This document shows positions 8,760 through 18,215 of a stretch of DNA of 35,730 nt, in pieces; the first letter of the stretch is position 1, and each line of letters begins with the position of its first letter. Source of the stretch: a virus; IMG/VR virus record IMGVR_UViG_3300025849_000003; one strand, written 5' to 3'. The translations under genes and the position numbers were made by a program. The notes under the pieces are model-generated. The model was not told the origin of the DNA. It was given only the letters and a program-made list of their open reading frames with translations, and made no database searches.

Positions 8760-11096
8760 ATGTCACCACTAACGAATATGTTTGCAATCAGAGCTAATCC
8801 ACTAGGTATATTACAGGGTGCACCAGCATACAGAAAAAAGCCAGATGACGAAGAATTATATGGGCCTGATTCAAAGGTAGCAAAATTAAATCCAGGTTGG
8901 ACAAACAATAGTGGTGGTGTAACAAAAAAAGGTATAAATGAATATTACGCTAAACGCCCAATTAATATGGAAACTGTAGAAACAGATTATCCTTTTTTAG
9001 CAGACCCAAATTTTCAAGTAGAGTTGAACAATATTTTAAGCCAAAATCCAAATATAAATAAAAAAGATATATATCAAATAATGTCAGGTGAAAGTAGTTT
9101 TAATCCAACTGCAAAAAACCCAGATTCAAGTGCAACAGGTTTGTTTCAATTTATAGAATCTACTGCAAATAATTTAGGTACAACAACTGACGAAATTAGT
9201 AAAATGACACCAGCACAACAATTAAATTTATATGGTCGTTATGTAAACAATTATATGCGCAATAGCGAAAAAAGTCCTGATTTTGTAATTAACATAAATG
9301 AAGATGGCAGTTACGAAGATTTTGATGAAGAAGCATTTGAAAAAATGTTTCCGCCACTAGATAAAAATGCACAAGACGACAGCAATAACATAGTGTCAAA
9401 ACCAATAGTAGAAGATATTCCTGTCAGTCCTCCGAGGGCAATTGATATGATAAGAAATAGTTACAGAGAAGCCAACATAAGGAGACAAAAATTAAGTAAA
9501 GAATACAAAGAAGGCAAAGTCAGCGATAGACCCTTGTTTGTACCCCTTTTTCCTAAAGAGCCACTAACAAAACAAGAAGCAAATGTATTAAAACGCGCAC
9601 AAGATGTTAACCAGCAATTTAACAACGAGAAAAATGATATGATAAATGCAAAAAGAGGTTTTATACCGCAACAAAGACAAGCGCAACCAGATGCTAATGT
9701 AGTATACGACAGTCAAGGTAATCCATACAGTGCAGCAATACCAGCAGGTAGTGTAACAGGACTCAATATAAGTCAAACTAAATTTGACCCAACAGGTGGA
9801 CAACAACAATCACGACAAGATTTAGATAAATTAGCAAATTTTGACATTTCTACAATAGATGGTAAAGAATTTGTACACGAAAGAGGTCTTACTGAAAAAC
9901 AAGTTATGGCCGAATATGATCGTAGAAAACAAAGTAATGGTGCTGGTGATGGTGCTGGTAATGGTGTTATGCCAACAGGTGTAGGCATATTACAGGATAT
10001 GAGTAACGCTGTTGAAGTACCTTTTAGACAAGATGATTTTGCATTTGAGCAAGATAAAACAACAGGACTTGACAGAGCACGTAATTTATTAGGAGAGCCA
10101 ACAACTGTTTATCGTGACATTAATGGTAATCTTGTAGAACCTAATAGTGAAGAACGTAAACCTAATAATTTACGTTATCTCGCAGGGTTATTGGGCAGTA
10201 TTATGGCAGATAGATATGGCAATCCATCACAGCCAGAAGATAATTTCTCAAAATATATGAAATATACACAAGATGCAATAGAGCAACAAAGATTAGATAA
10301 GCAAGCTTTAGAAAGTACAATTGGTAATTACACTGATAGTGAAGGTAATATAGTGCTTGGCGGAGTAACACCAGGTGGTGGTTTTCAACTTATACCAGAA
10401 TACACTGCAATAGACGATAGCGGTAGCACTAATAATAAAATGACTGTAAATGAAAATGGTCTAATAGCTGTAGATGTAGGTGGCAACCGCACTGTAATGA
10501 TGACACCAGAAAGTGCTGAAAAATACCAAGAACAATCGGGTAAAAATATGCAAGAAACTTTAGATAACCTAGAAAACATAAGGGCTACAACTACTGAACG
10601 CGCAAATAATTTTGATACATTATTAAAATATGATGATGATACATTAAATAAATTTTTTAACCGAATGGTAGGATTTGAAGAAACTAGTGGCAAGTTTAGA
10701 GACTTACAAGGAGAATTTGGTAAAAACAAAGAGGCTTATAAAGATATAAGTAATACTTGGAAATTAATTGGTTCACAAAAAGCAAAAGAAGCATACGTTA
10801 ATATATTAAAAGGCGCAGGATCAATATCAAATTATGAAACAGATATTATGAAACAAACTATCGACAAATTAAATACAAATATGAGTGCAAAAACATTAAG
10901 AAAAGAATTAGAAAAATTAAAATTTTTAGAAGAGTTTTACGCACACAATAGAGCGGCAAATATAAGTGGCTACTCTGATAGTAAAGGCACATACGATAAA
11001 TTAAATACTAAAGAAGCATTAAAATTGTTTGAAAACAAAAATAACAAAATTTACAATTTAAATGATTATCTTAACTATAAGAATAGGCAAAAGTAA
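8760..11096 (+). CDS. Internal virion protein with soluble lytic transglycosylase domain
   Basis: SLT motifs 'MSGESSFNPTAKN...ATGLFQFIESTA' lie near the N-terminus. 778 aa, as in podovirus ejection proteins. Confidence 0.75.
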   Translation: MSPLTNMFAIRANPLGILQGAPAYRKKPDDEELYGPDSKVAKLNPGWTNNSGGVTKKGINEYYAKRPINMETVETDYPFLADPNFQVELNNILSQNPNINKKDIYQIMSGESSFNPTAKNPDSSATGLFQFIESTANNLGTTTDEISKMTPAQQLNLYGRYVNNYMRNSEKSPDFVININEDGSYEDFDEEAFEKMFPPLDKNAQDDSNNIVSKPIVEDIPVSPPRAIDMIRNSYREANIRRQKLSKEYKEGKVSDRPLFVPLFPKEPLTKQEANVLKRAQDVNQQFNNEKNDMINAKRGFIPQQRQAQPDANVVYDSQGNPYSAAIPAGSVTGLNISQTKFDPTGGQQQSRQDLDKLANFDISTIDGKEFVHERGLTEKQVMAEYDRRKQSNGAGDGAGNGVMPTGVGILQDMSNAVEVPFRQDDFAFEQDKTTGLDRARNLLGEPTTVYRDINGNLVEPNSEERKPNNLRYLAGLLGSIMADRYGNPSQPEDNFSKYMKYTQDAIEQQRLDKQALESTIGNYTDSEGNIVLGGVTPGGGFQLIPEYTAIDDSGSTNNKMTVNENGLIAVDVGGNRTVMMTPESAEKYQEQSGKNMQETLDNLENIRATTTERANNFDTLLKYDDDTLNKFFNRMVGFEETSGKFRDLQGEFGKNKEAYKDISNTWKLIGSQKAKEAYVNILKGAGSISNYETDIMKQTIDKLNTNMSAKTLRKELEKLKFLEEFYAHNRAANISGYSDSKGTYDKLNTKEALKLFENKNNKIYNLNDYLNYKNRQK

Positions 11097-12781
11097 TGGG
11101 CTATAATATAGATACAAAACGTAATGCACCAATCCCAGATTTAAGTGAGACATTATTAAATCAATTAATTGCATATCAAGCAATACGTGGTGCTACAGCA
11201 AATTTATCAGATCCTATAGCGACACGTTTTTTAGCCAGTAAAAATAATATATCAAACGAAGATGCAAAAAGACTGTTAAGACAGCGCAATAAACAAGTAT
11301 ATAAACAAGCAAATAAAAGAGCACTTGCTTCAAATATTGGTGGCTCTGCACTTGGTTTTGGCAAAGTAATGAAAGCTGGTATGTTGCCATCACAATTATT
11401 TAAAAGAGGCAATTTAACAGCAAATGCTGGCGGTATGGCAGTGCCAAAACTAGCAAAAAGTAACGCATTAACAAGAGCGGCTAATACAGGTAAGGGCGCT
11501 GCTTTAGATAGCGCTGTTTATAGTGGAGTAGCTACAGGTGTTGATACAGATTTTAATCCAGTAACGACATTGAAATCTGCTGCAATAGGTGGACTCTCAG
11601 GTGGGCTTGCACAAGGTGGAATCAACAAATTTGCAAATAACAGAATTGCTAGTAAAAACACTAAATTGCGTAAAGAAAACGAAGCAAACACAGTAGATTT
11701 AATTAAAAAAAGAGATAATTATTATAACGATGCTAAATCTAAAAGTGCTCCGATAGAAGATGATGTAATTGAAGGAGCATTAGTTGGAATAGATACAAAT
11801 AGACTGGCGCAATTGCCTGATGGCAGTAAAGTAGGTGTGTATTATAACAAATTGCGCGAACAAATTAAGCCAGCTAATCAACCAACAAGCAATATAATAA
11901 CTGAAGATAGCTTGCAAACTGAATTTAAAGCAATGGGATTAAAACCATACAGTACAATACCAAAAGATAAATCTGTAATACCAAACACAGCAGTGTCAAA
12001 AAAAGAATTTACAACTAATGATTTATTTAATTTACAAACAAATTTAAATAGAAACTACGATAGTTTAATACCAAACGAAAGGGAAGTCCTTAGACAAATT
12101 AATAATAATTTAAATAAAAATATATTAAAATATAGCAACCCTGCGGCACGTTTTTCACAATCACGATTTATTTTAGGAAATAAAAAAAATTCACAAATTT
12201 CTGAAATAACCAAATTAGAAAATATAATAGGTAGGAAAAATTATTATGATAGTGCTGGTAATGTAATTAAAGGAAAAATGCAACAACCAGAAGAAGTGCA
12301 AAATGTTGCAAAAGAATTACAACAAATTTATAGAGCTAAACAAATAGCAAACAATAGACCAGACACAAACCCCCAACAAAATAATTTAATAAATGAAATA
12401 GAAAGTATAGCAAATAAAAAACCAGGCCTTACTGGCAGATTATCAAAATTAGCTATATCTGATAATACAACAAGTATGGGGCCAATTGGCGTAATGTCAC
12501 TATTAAGTGGTGCAGGTGCTGGTTATACAGCTGGTGGTGCGACTGGTGCTGCATTAGTCCCACTGTTGTTATTAGGTGGTGCTGAAGTTGCAAAAATTAC
12601 TGTAACTAGACAAGCAAAACGTGATGCAACAAAATTAATTAATTTATTACAATTAGAAAGTAAAGCTAGAATATTAACAGCAAAAGAAAAAAGTATAATT
12701 AATAATGCTAGTAGAGTGTTAGGCGCTAAAGTAGGTCAGACACTTACATTAAAAACAACGCCAGATGCTTACAAAAAATGA
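11096..12781 (+). CDS. Internal virion / ejection protein (putative)
   Basis: 561 aa and TAATG-coupled. Carries Gly/Ala-rich hydrophobic segments ('GVMSLLSGAGAGYTAGGATGAALVPLLLLGGAEV'). Confidence 0.4.
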   Translation: MGYNIDTKRNAPIPDLSETLLNQLIAYQAIRGATANLSDPIATRFLASKNNISNEDAKRLLRQRNKQVYKQANKRALASNIGGSALGFGKVMKAGMLPSQLFKRGNLTANAGGMAVPKLAKSNALTRAANTGKGAALDSAVYSGVATGVDTDFNPVTTLKSAAIGGLSGGLAQGGINKFANNRIASKNTKLRKENEANTVDLIKKRDNYYNDAKSKSAPIEDDVIEGALVGIDTNRLAQLPDGSKVGVYYNKLREQIKPANQPTSNIITEDSLQTEFKAMGLKPYSTIPKDKSVIPNTAVSKKEFTTNDLFNLQTNLNRNYDSLIPNEREVLRQINNNLNKNILKYSNPAARFSQSRFILGNKKNSQISEITKLENIIGRKNYYDSAGNVIKGKMQQPEEVQNVAKELQQIYRAKQIANNRPDTNPQQNNLINEIESIANKKPGLTGRLSKLAISDNTTSMGPIGVMSLLSGAGAGYTAGGATGAALVPLLLLGGAEVAKITVTRQAKRDATKLINLLQLESKARILTAKEKSIINNASRVLGAKVGQTLTLKTTPDAYKK

Positions 12782-13059
12782 TTAGCCGCAAACCCATACT
12801 AAAAGCTAAGATGAAGTGCAACAAGCCTAGACGTACGCCTGGGCATAAAACAAAGTCGCACGTTGTAAAAGCGTGTTATGACGGCAAAGAGAAGATCATA
12901 CGCTTTGGACAGCAAGGTGCTAGTACAGCAGGAAAGCCTAAGTCTGGTGAAAGCCAACGTATGAAGAAAAAGAGAGCTAGTTTTAAAGCGAGACATCGCA
13001 AGAACATAGCAAAAGGTAAATCAAGCGCAGCCTATTGGGCAAATCGCGTAAAATGGTAA
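12778..13059 (+). CDS. Small very basic conserved-looking protein ('KSSAAYWANRVKW' C-terminus)
   Basis: ATGA overlap; 93 aa, Lys/Arg-rich. Confidence 0.55.
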   Translation: MISRKPILKAKMKCNKPRRTPGHKTKSHVVKACYDGKEKIIRFGQQGASTAGKPKSGESQRMKKKRASFKARHRKNIAKGKSSAAYWANRVKW

Positions 13060-13070
13060 TGGAGAGTTAA

Positions 13071-16000
13071 ATGCCAATAGCTGAAGATAGTGCTGGTGGT
13101 TCACCTGTACCCATTCCTACAAACCTGACAACTAACCTTACTGGGGAAGCAACAGGTAGTGGTACATTAGATTACACTACAGGCGATATAGATATTGCAG
13201 TAACTGTTGTAGATAATGGTCACAATCACATACTTGAAAACATCACAGACGTACAAGTTAACAATGCAATTAGCGGTCAAGTATTAAAGTACAATGGTAA
13301 TGTATGGGTAAATGGCACAGATGAAAATGCTGGCATTACTGCTATCGTACAGGATTTGACACCTCAGCTTGGCGGTAATCTTGATTTGAATAATCGGAAT
13401 ATCACAGGAACAGGCAACATTGCAATAACAGGTACTATTGATGGGCGTGATGTATCAGCAGACGGCACAAAGCTTGACGGCATTGAATCTGGAGCAACAG
13501 CTGACCAAACAGCTGCGCAAATCAAAACTGCGTATGAGAGTAATGCAAACACAAACAATTTTGCTGACGCTGATGTAAGCAAACTAAGCGGAATAGAACC
13601 GGGCGCTACAGCAGACCAGACAGCAGCACAGATTAAAACGGCATACGAGAGCAACGCAGATACAAATGCATTTACAGATGCAGATCACACAAAATTAGAC
13701 GGAATAGAAACAGCAGCTGATGTTACAGATACAACAAATGTTGTTGCGTCATTAACCGCTGGTACAAATGTAACGATATCCGCAGGGGGCGTTATTAGCT
13801 CAACTGCAAGTGGTGGACTAGCACACGTTGTAGACGATACTACACCGCAACTTGGCGGTAATTTAGATTTAAACAGCAACGATATCACAGGCACAGGTAA
13901 TTTAAACTTTACCGGGAGCGTAACACTATCAGGCACAGTAGATGGCCGCGACGTAGCTGCTGATGGTACTAAACTTGATGGTATAGAAGCATCTGCTGAT
14001 GTAACAGATACTGCTAATGTAACTGCCGCAGGAGCCTTGATGGATTCTGAAGTTACTAACCTAGCACAAGTTAAAGCATTTGATTCTTCTGATTATGCTA
14101 CTGCCGCGCAAGGTACTACTGCTGATGCTGCGCTACCCAAAGCTGGTGGCACTATGACAGGTGACATACTTTTTAACGATGGTGTTAAAGCTAAGTATGG
14201 TACTAGCTCAGACTTACAAATCTATCACGATGGTAGTAACTCATATATTTCAGATACAGGTACAGGCGACGTTATTGTCAAAGGTCAGTATATACGCCTA
14301 CAAGATGAGGTCGGTACTAACTTACTAACAGCAGATGGTAATGACGCGGTGTCACTATATTTTGGTGGTGCATCTAAACTCGCGACTACGACTTCTGGTA
14401 TAGATGTAACAGGTACTCTTCAAGTTGAAGGTGCTACAGGCGAAACTATAAGACTACACAGAGATGACACTACAGTATCAGGTGGCAATTTAATAGGACA
14501 AATTGCATTTTCACACAACGACGATACTAATAGTGGTGATGGTGTACTTATAAAAGGTATTGCCAATGGCGGTATAGGTAATACTACCTTACAAATCCAT
14601 ACAGGAACTCCAGGAAGTTTAACTGAAAAGATTAGAATTTCTGATAGTAAGGTTGAGAATAAAATTGACCTAGAAGTAACAGGAACAACAAAAACTAATG
14701 GAACTGGTTACAACCCTGCCAATACACAGTGGGCAACTAATGCGGCACTTATTACAACTGGTTCATATGGTGGTGGACTAACATTTATAGATGGCAGTAA
14801 AGCTTATTCTTTTCACACGCTTTCAGGAGGGGAAGTCCTTACAATTAAACAAGGTGCTACAAGTGGTGCATTAACAGAAAAATTAAGGATAGATGCCGAT
14901 GGTTTAGATGTAACAGGTAATGTTAATGCTACAGGTAATATAGATGCTACAGGTACAATTTCTTCTGGTGCTATGGTTATAGAAAATTCTGGTGGTTATG
15001 GTAATATAGAGATTGGTGGTGGAAGTGGTGCATATATAGACTTAAAATCACCATTCTCTGATGACTATGATTTCCGTATTATAACAGTAGGTACAAGCAC
15101 TACTATGAACGGACAATCAGGTAATTTAATTCTACAACGAGCAGGTAGCTCAAAACTTACTGTTACGACTTCTGGTATAGATGTAACAGGTTCAACTATT
15201 ACTACAGGCACTAGTGGTACTACTCAATGGCAAGCAGGTTCATCTGCAAACAAATTAACTATTGCTTCTTATGATAACAATATATTTTATCATAAACTTA
15301 GTAGTGGTAACAGCACATCGTATCAAGTTGGTGTAGAGGATAACATTCCAATCTACACTATTACTAATAACAGCGTTAAGACAACACTGTTAGGTAACGG
15401 TAATTTTGGCGTAGGTCTAACAGCACCGACTGCTAAGATGCATTTATTTACAGATGGTATTGACCAATCAATGTTTTCAGCACAGGCAGACTTAGGCGTA
15501 CAAAATAGAATACTTACATTAAAGTCTCCTGTTTCTGATAGCACTACACAACCTTTCAGATGGCAGACAAGTAATTCTATACTATGGGAAATTGATGGTA
15601 CTGAATCAAAATCAATGAACCTTAATTCTGTAGGTAATTTGGGCTTAGGCACGTACAGTCCTTCTTCTAAACTCAGTGTAGTAGGTGACATACTTTTAGA
15701 TTCTGATAACGCTGAAATCAATTTAAAGTCTGGTATTACAGGAACGTCAGGTGCAGTTAATTGGACATTCAATACTACAACTACTAATTATGCATCTTTA
15801 AATTTAAACTATGATACTAGGGCTACAACAGGCTTCCATATTGATAGTGGTTATCCGATAACAATAGATAGCTCAGGCATAGGCACTATATTCGCTTATG
15901 GTGGGACAGAACAAATGCGCCTCTCTAATACAGGACGCTTGGGCATAGGCACTACAAGTCCTAACCATGAACTACATATTGAAAGTACATCACCAACTAT

Positions 16001-16946
16001 TCGTTTGGTTGATACTGATGGAAATAATACAGTAGATTTTAGTCAAAGTGGTTCAGCTACTTATATAGATTTTGACAACAATGTAAGATTTAGGAACTTA
16101 GCTAATGCTGAAAGACTTAGAATTGATACAGGTGGTATAGATGTAACAGGTAATGCAACAATAAGTAACGCATTGTATGTAGGTGGTGCTAATGCAACAA
16201 ATAGTGGTTATATAGAATCTACTGTTGTAGGTTCTTCGCGTGCTTTACAGACTGTAGGTAATGTTAACACCACTCAAACCCATATAGGATTTGAAAACCT
16301 TTCTGGTGAGATAGGTAGAATAGATGTTAGTGCATTCTCAGTCGCCTATGTCACAAGTTCAGACTATAGGCTCAAGACTGATATACAGCCTATGCAAGGT
16401 AGTATTGACCGAGTTAAAGCCCTTAATCCTGTAAACTTTGAATGGACTGGTGATGGAAGTAGAGTTGATGGATTTATAGCACATGAGGCGCAAGAGGTAG
16501 TACCAGAAGCAATTAGTGGCGAAAAAGATGCAATGCGTGACCAAGAGTATGTTGAAAGCGAGGCAACAGGTGACATATATACCTCTGCTGTTCAGGCTAC
16601 ATATGAAACAATACAAGTTGAGCTAACACCTGCTGTTGATGCAACTTATGATGAAGATGGCAATGAATTAACGCCTGCCGTTGATGCTACGTATGAGGAG
16701 CAACAACAAGAGCTAACTCCTGCTGTTGATGAAGTAATACATAGCTCAGATGTTGTAGAGCCAGATGAACTTGAAGAAGGTCAGCGTTGGCGCGAAACAA
16801 CAGAGAAGGTTATGGCAACACGGCAAGTGCCAGATTATCAAGGCATTGACCAAAGTAAGATTGTGCCATTGCTAACATCTGCATTACAAGATGCCATTGC
16901 TAAGATTGAAGCACTAGAAACACGCTTAGAAGCGCTAGAAAGTTAA
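13071..16946 (+). CDS. Tail fibre/spike protein with C-terminal S74-type intramolecular chaperone
   Basis: 1291 aa. It has tandem 37-aa repeats near residue 140-200 and many 'TTSGIDVTG' beta-repeat units. 'SSDYRLKTDIQPM...ALNPVNFEW...GFIAHEAQEVVPEA' matches the self-cleaving chaperone (endosialidase type). Confidence 0.8.
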   Translation: MPIAEDSAGGSPVPIPTNLTTNLTGEATGSGTLDYTTGDIDIAVTVVDNGHNHILENITDVQVNNAISGQVLKYNGNVWVNGTDENAGITAIVQDLTPQLGGNLDLNNRNITGTGNIAITGTIDGRDVSADGTKLDGIESGATADQTAAQIKTAYESNANTNNFADADVSKLSGIEPGATADQTAAQIKTAYESNADTNAFTDADHTKLDGIETAADVTDTTNVVASLTAGTNVTISAGGVISSTASGGLAHVVDDTTPQLGGNLDLNSNDITGTGNLNFTGSVTLSGTVDGRDVAADGTKLDGIEASADVTDTANVTAAGALMDSEVTNLAQVKAFDSSDYATAAQGTTADAALPKAGGTMTGDILFNDGVKAKYGTSSDLQIYHDGSNSYISDTGTGDVIVKGQYIRLQDEVGTNLLTADGNDAVSLYFGGASKLATTTSGIDVTGTLQVEGATGETIRLHRDDTTVSGGNLIGQIAFSHNDDTNSGDGVLIKGIANGGIGNTTLQIHTGTPGSLTEKIRISDSKVENKIDLEVTGTTKTNGTGYNPANTQWATNAALITTGSYGGGLTFIDGSKAYSFHTLSGGEVLTIKQGATSGALTEKLRIDADGLDVTGNVNATGNIDATGTISSGAMVIENSGGYGNIEIGGGSGAYIDLKSPFSDDYDFRIITVGTSTTMNGQSGNLILQRAGSSKLTVTTSGIDVTGSTITTGTSGTTQWQAGSSANKLTIASYDNNIFYHKLSSGNSTSYQVGVEDNIPIYTITNNSVKTTLLGNGNFGVGLTAPTAKMHLFTDGIDQSMFSAQADLGVQNRILTLKSPVSDSTTQPFRWQTSNSILWEIDGTESKSMNLNSVGNLGLGTYSPSSKLSVVGDILLDSDNAEINLKSGITGTSGAVNWTFNTTTTNYASLNLNYDTRATTGFHIDSGYPITIDSSGIGTIFAYGGTEQMRLSNTGRLGIGTTSPNHELHIESTSPTIRLVDTDGNNTVDFSQSGSATYIDFDNNVRFRNLANAERLRIDTGGIDVTGNATISNALYVGGANATNSGYIESTVVGSSRALQTVGNVNTTQTHIGFENLSGEIGRIDVSAFSVAYVTSSDYRLKTDIQPMQGSIDRVKALNPVNFEWTGDGSRVDGFIAHEAQEVVPEAISGEKDAMRDQEYVESEATGDIYTSAVQATYETIQVELTPAVDATYDEDGNELTPAVDATYEEQQQELTPAVDEVIHSSDVVEPDELEEGQRWRETTEKVMATRQVPDYQGIDQSKIVPLLTSALQDAIAKIEALETRLEALES

Positions 16947-16950
16947 GATC

Positions 16951-17250
16951 ATGGAAAACCCGGCAAACGTAGATGTTAAGACACTATTAACCTTTTGTGC
17001 ATTATTAGTTACTTTTGTTGGCGGTGTTATTGCTAGGGATAGACAAGTGTCGGCTAAGATAAGCAATGACAATTCTAAAACGCATGGGCGCATAGATGAC
17101 TTAAAAGATGATATGAATGAAAACTTTGCAAGGAAAGATGATGTACGTGAATCGGTTAAAAGAGTTGAGCGCAGCATTGAGTCTTTGGGCGTTGAAATGC
17201 GTCAAAACCATAAAGACCTCACTGCACTCATTATTAAGAATGAAAACTAA
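16951..17250 (+). CDS. Membrane-anchored coiled-coil protein (lysis-associated candidate)
   Basis: One N-terminal TM segment ('LLTFCALLVTFVGGVIA') followed by charged helical sequence. It directly precedes the endolysin. Confidence 0.45.
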   Translation: MENPANVDVKTLLTFCALLVTFVGGVIARDRQVSAKISNDNSKTHGRIDDLKDDMNENFARKDDVRESVKRVERSIESLGVEMRQNHKDLTALIIKNEN

Positions 17251-17647
17251 ACATTACATAAAAATCGATTGGGATAGTGACCGATGGCCTAATTTTAGTG
17301 CCAAAGAGCTATCATGTAGACACTGCGGTCAATATTATCATGACCCGGAGTTTTTAGATAAACTGCAATGGGTACGCACAAAGATAGAAAAGCCGTTGCA
17401 TATAAACTCTGCACACAGATGCTTCAGGCATAACTTAGCTGTTGGCGGTGTGCCATTGAGTCAGCATAGAAAACTTGCTGTAGATATATCCTTGCGTAAT
17501 CACAACAAAGAAGAATTAAACTTTATGTGTAAGTCTGCCGGGTTTACAGGCTTTGGTTATTATCAGACATTTCTGCACATAGATACAGGTCGTCGCAGAC
17601 ATTGGTTTGGCGGTGATAAGTCATTGGAGTTTTGGTCAAATGATTGA
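17240..17647 (+). CDS. Endolysin, peptidase M15 (D-Ala-D-Ala carboxypeptidase-like) family
   Basis: Zn-ligand pattern 'INSAHRC...SQH...AVDI...FLHID'. I prefer the ATG at 17240 because the longer ORF from 17117 lies inside the previous gene. Confidence 0.75.
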   Translation: MKTKHYIKIDWDSDRWPNFSAKELSCRHCGQYYHDPEFLDKLQWVRTKIEKPLHINSAHRCFRHNLAVGGVPLSQHRKLAVDISLRNHNKEELNFMCKSAGFTGFGYYQTFLHIDTGRRRHWFGGDKSLEFWSND

Positions 17648-18215
17648 TATTTTATCCCCTATTCTATCAACAGGCGTTGGTATCTTTGGCGCGTTCTTGC
17701 AGCGTAAGCATGAGCGCAATATGTTTAAACATGAAACAGAGCGTATGCGTCTGGAGTTTGAGCAAGAGTTAGCGCTGACTGAAATGTCAATGAAAGCAAA
17801 GCGTGAAGAAACTGAGCAAGAGATTGCACTAACAGAAATTTCTGGCAACATATCTGCGTTTACCAACTCTCAAGATGCTGAAAACAATTTAAGCAAGATT
17901 AGATGGGGCAAGTCAATGTTAGGCGACATTGCTAACTTTATGCGATCAATAACGCGCCCCGGCATTACTTGGTATTTAGTTTTAATGACAAGCATGCGCA
18001 CAAGCGAATACTACGCTATTACAGATAAGTTAACGCAGGATGTAACTAACTTGAATGACCAAGTAGCTTTAATTGGTACAGCGTTTGACCAGATGCTTGC
18101 AAATCCGTTTGACTTAGCATTAGTTAACATGACAGCAATGGTTGTAGGCTGGTGGTTTGGTAGCAGAGGTCAAAATACTAGCTATGAAGATGAGCATTAC
18201 AAAAGAACTGCGTAA
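17640..18215 (+). CDS. Holin-like membrane protein (GTA 3-TM holin-like architecture)
   Basis: Gly-rich hydrophobic N-terminus, an E-rich coiled coil, then the hydrophobic segments 'RPGITWYLVLMTSM' and 'LALVNMTAMVVGWWFG'. It overlaps the end of the endolysin gene. Confidence 0.4.
   Translation: MIDILSPILSTGVGIFGAFLQRKHERNMFKHETERMRLEFEQELALTEMSMKAKREETEQEIALTEISGNISAFTNSQDAENNLSKIRWGKSMLGDIANFMRSITRPGITWYLVLMTSMRTSEYYAITDKLTQDVTNLNDQVALIGTAFDQMLANPFDLALVNMTAMVVGWWFGSRGQNTSYEDEHYKRTA

Noticed and set aside
17117-17239. Extended endolysin start, or an embedded o-spanin, in the alternative frame of the 99-aa gene.
   Set aside because: The peptidase domain begins after the ATG at 17240. The embedded frame has no acceptable lipobox ('ALKC' has Lys at position -1).
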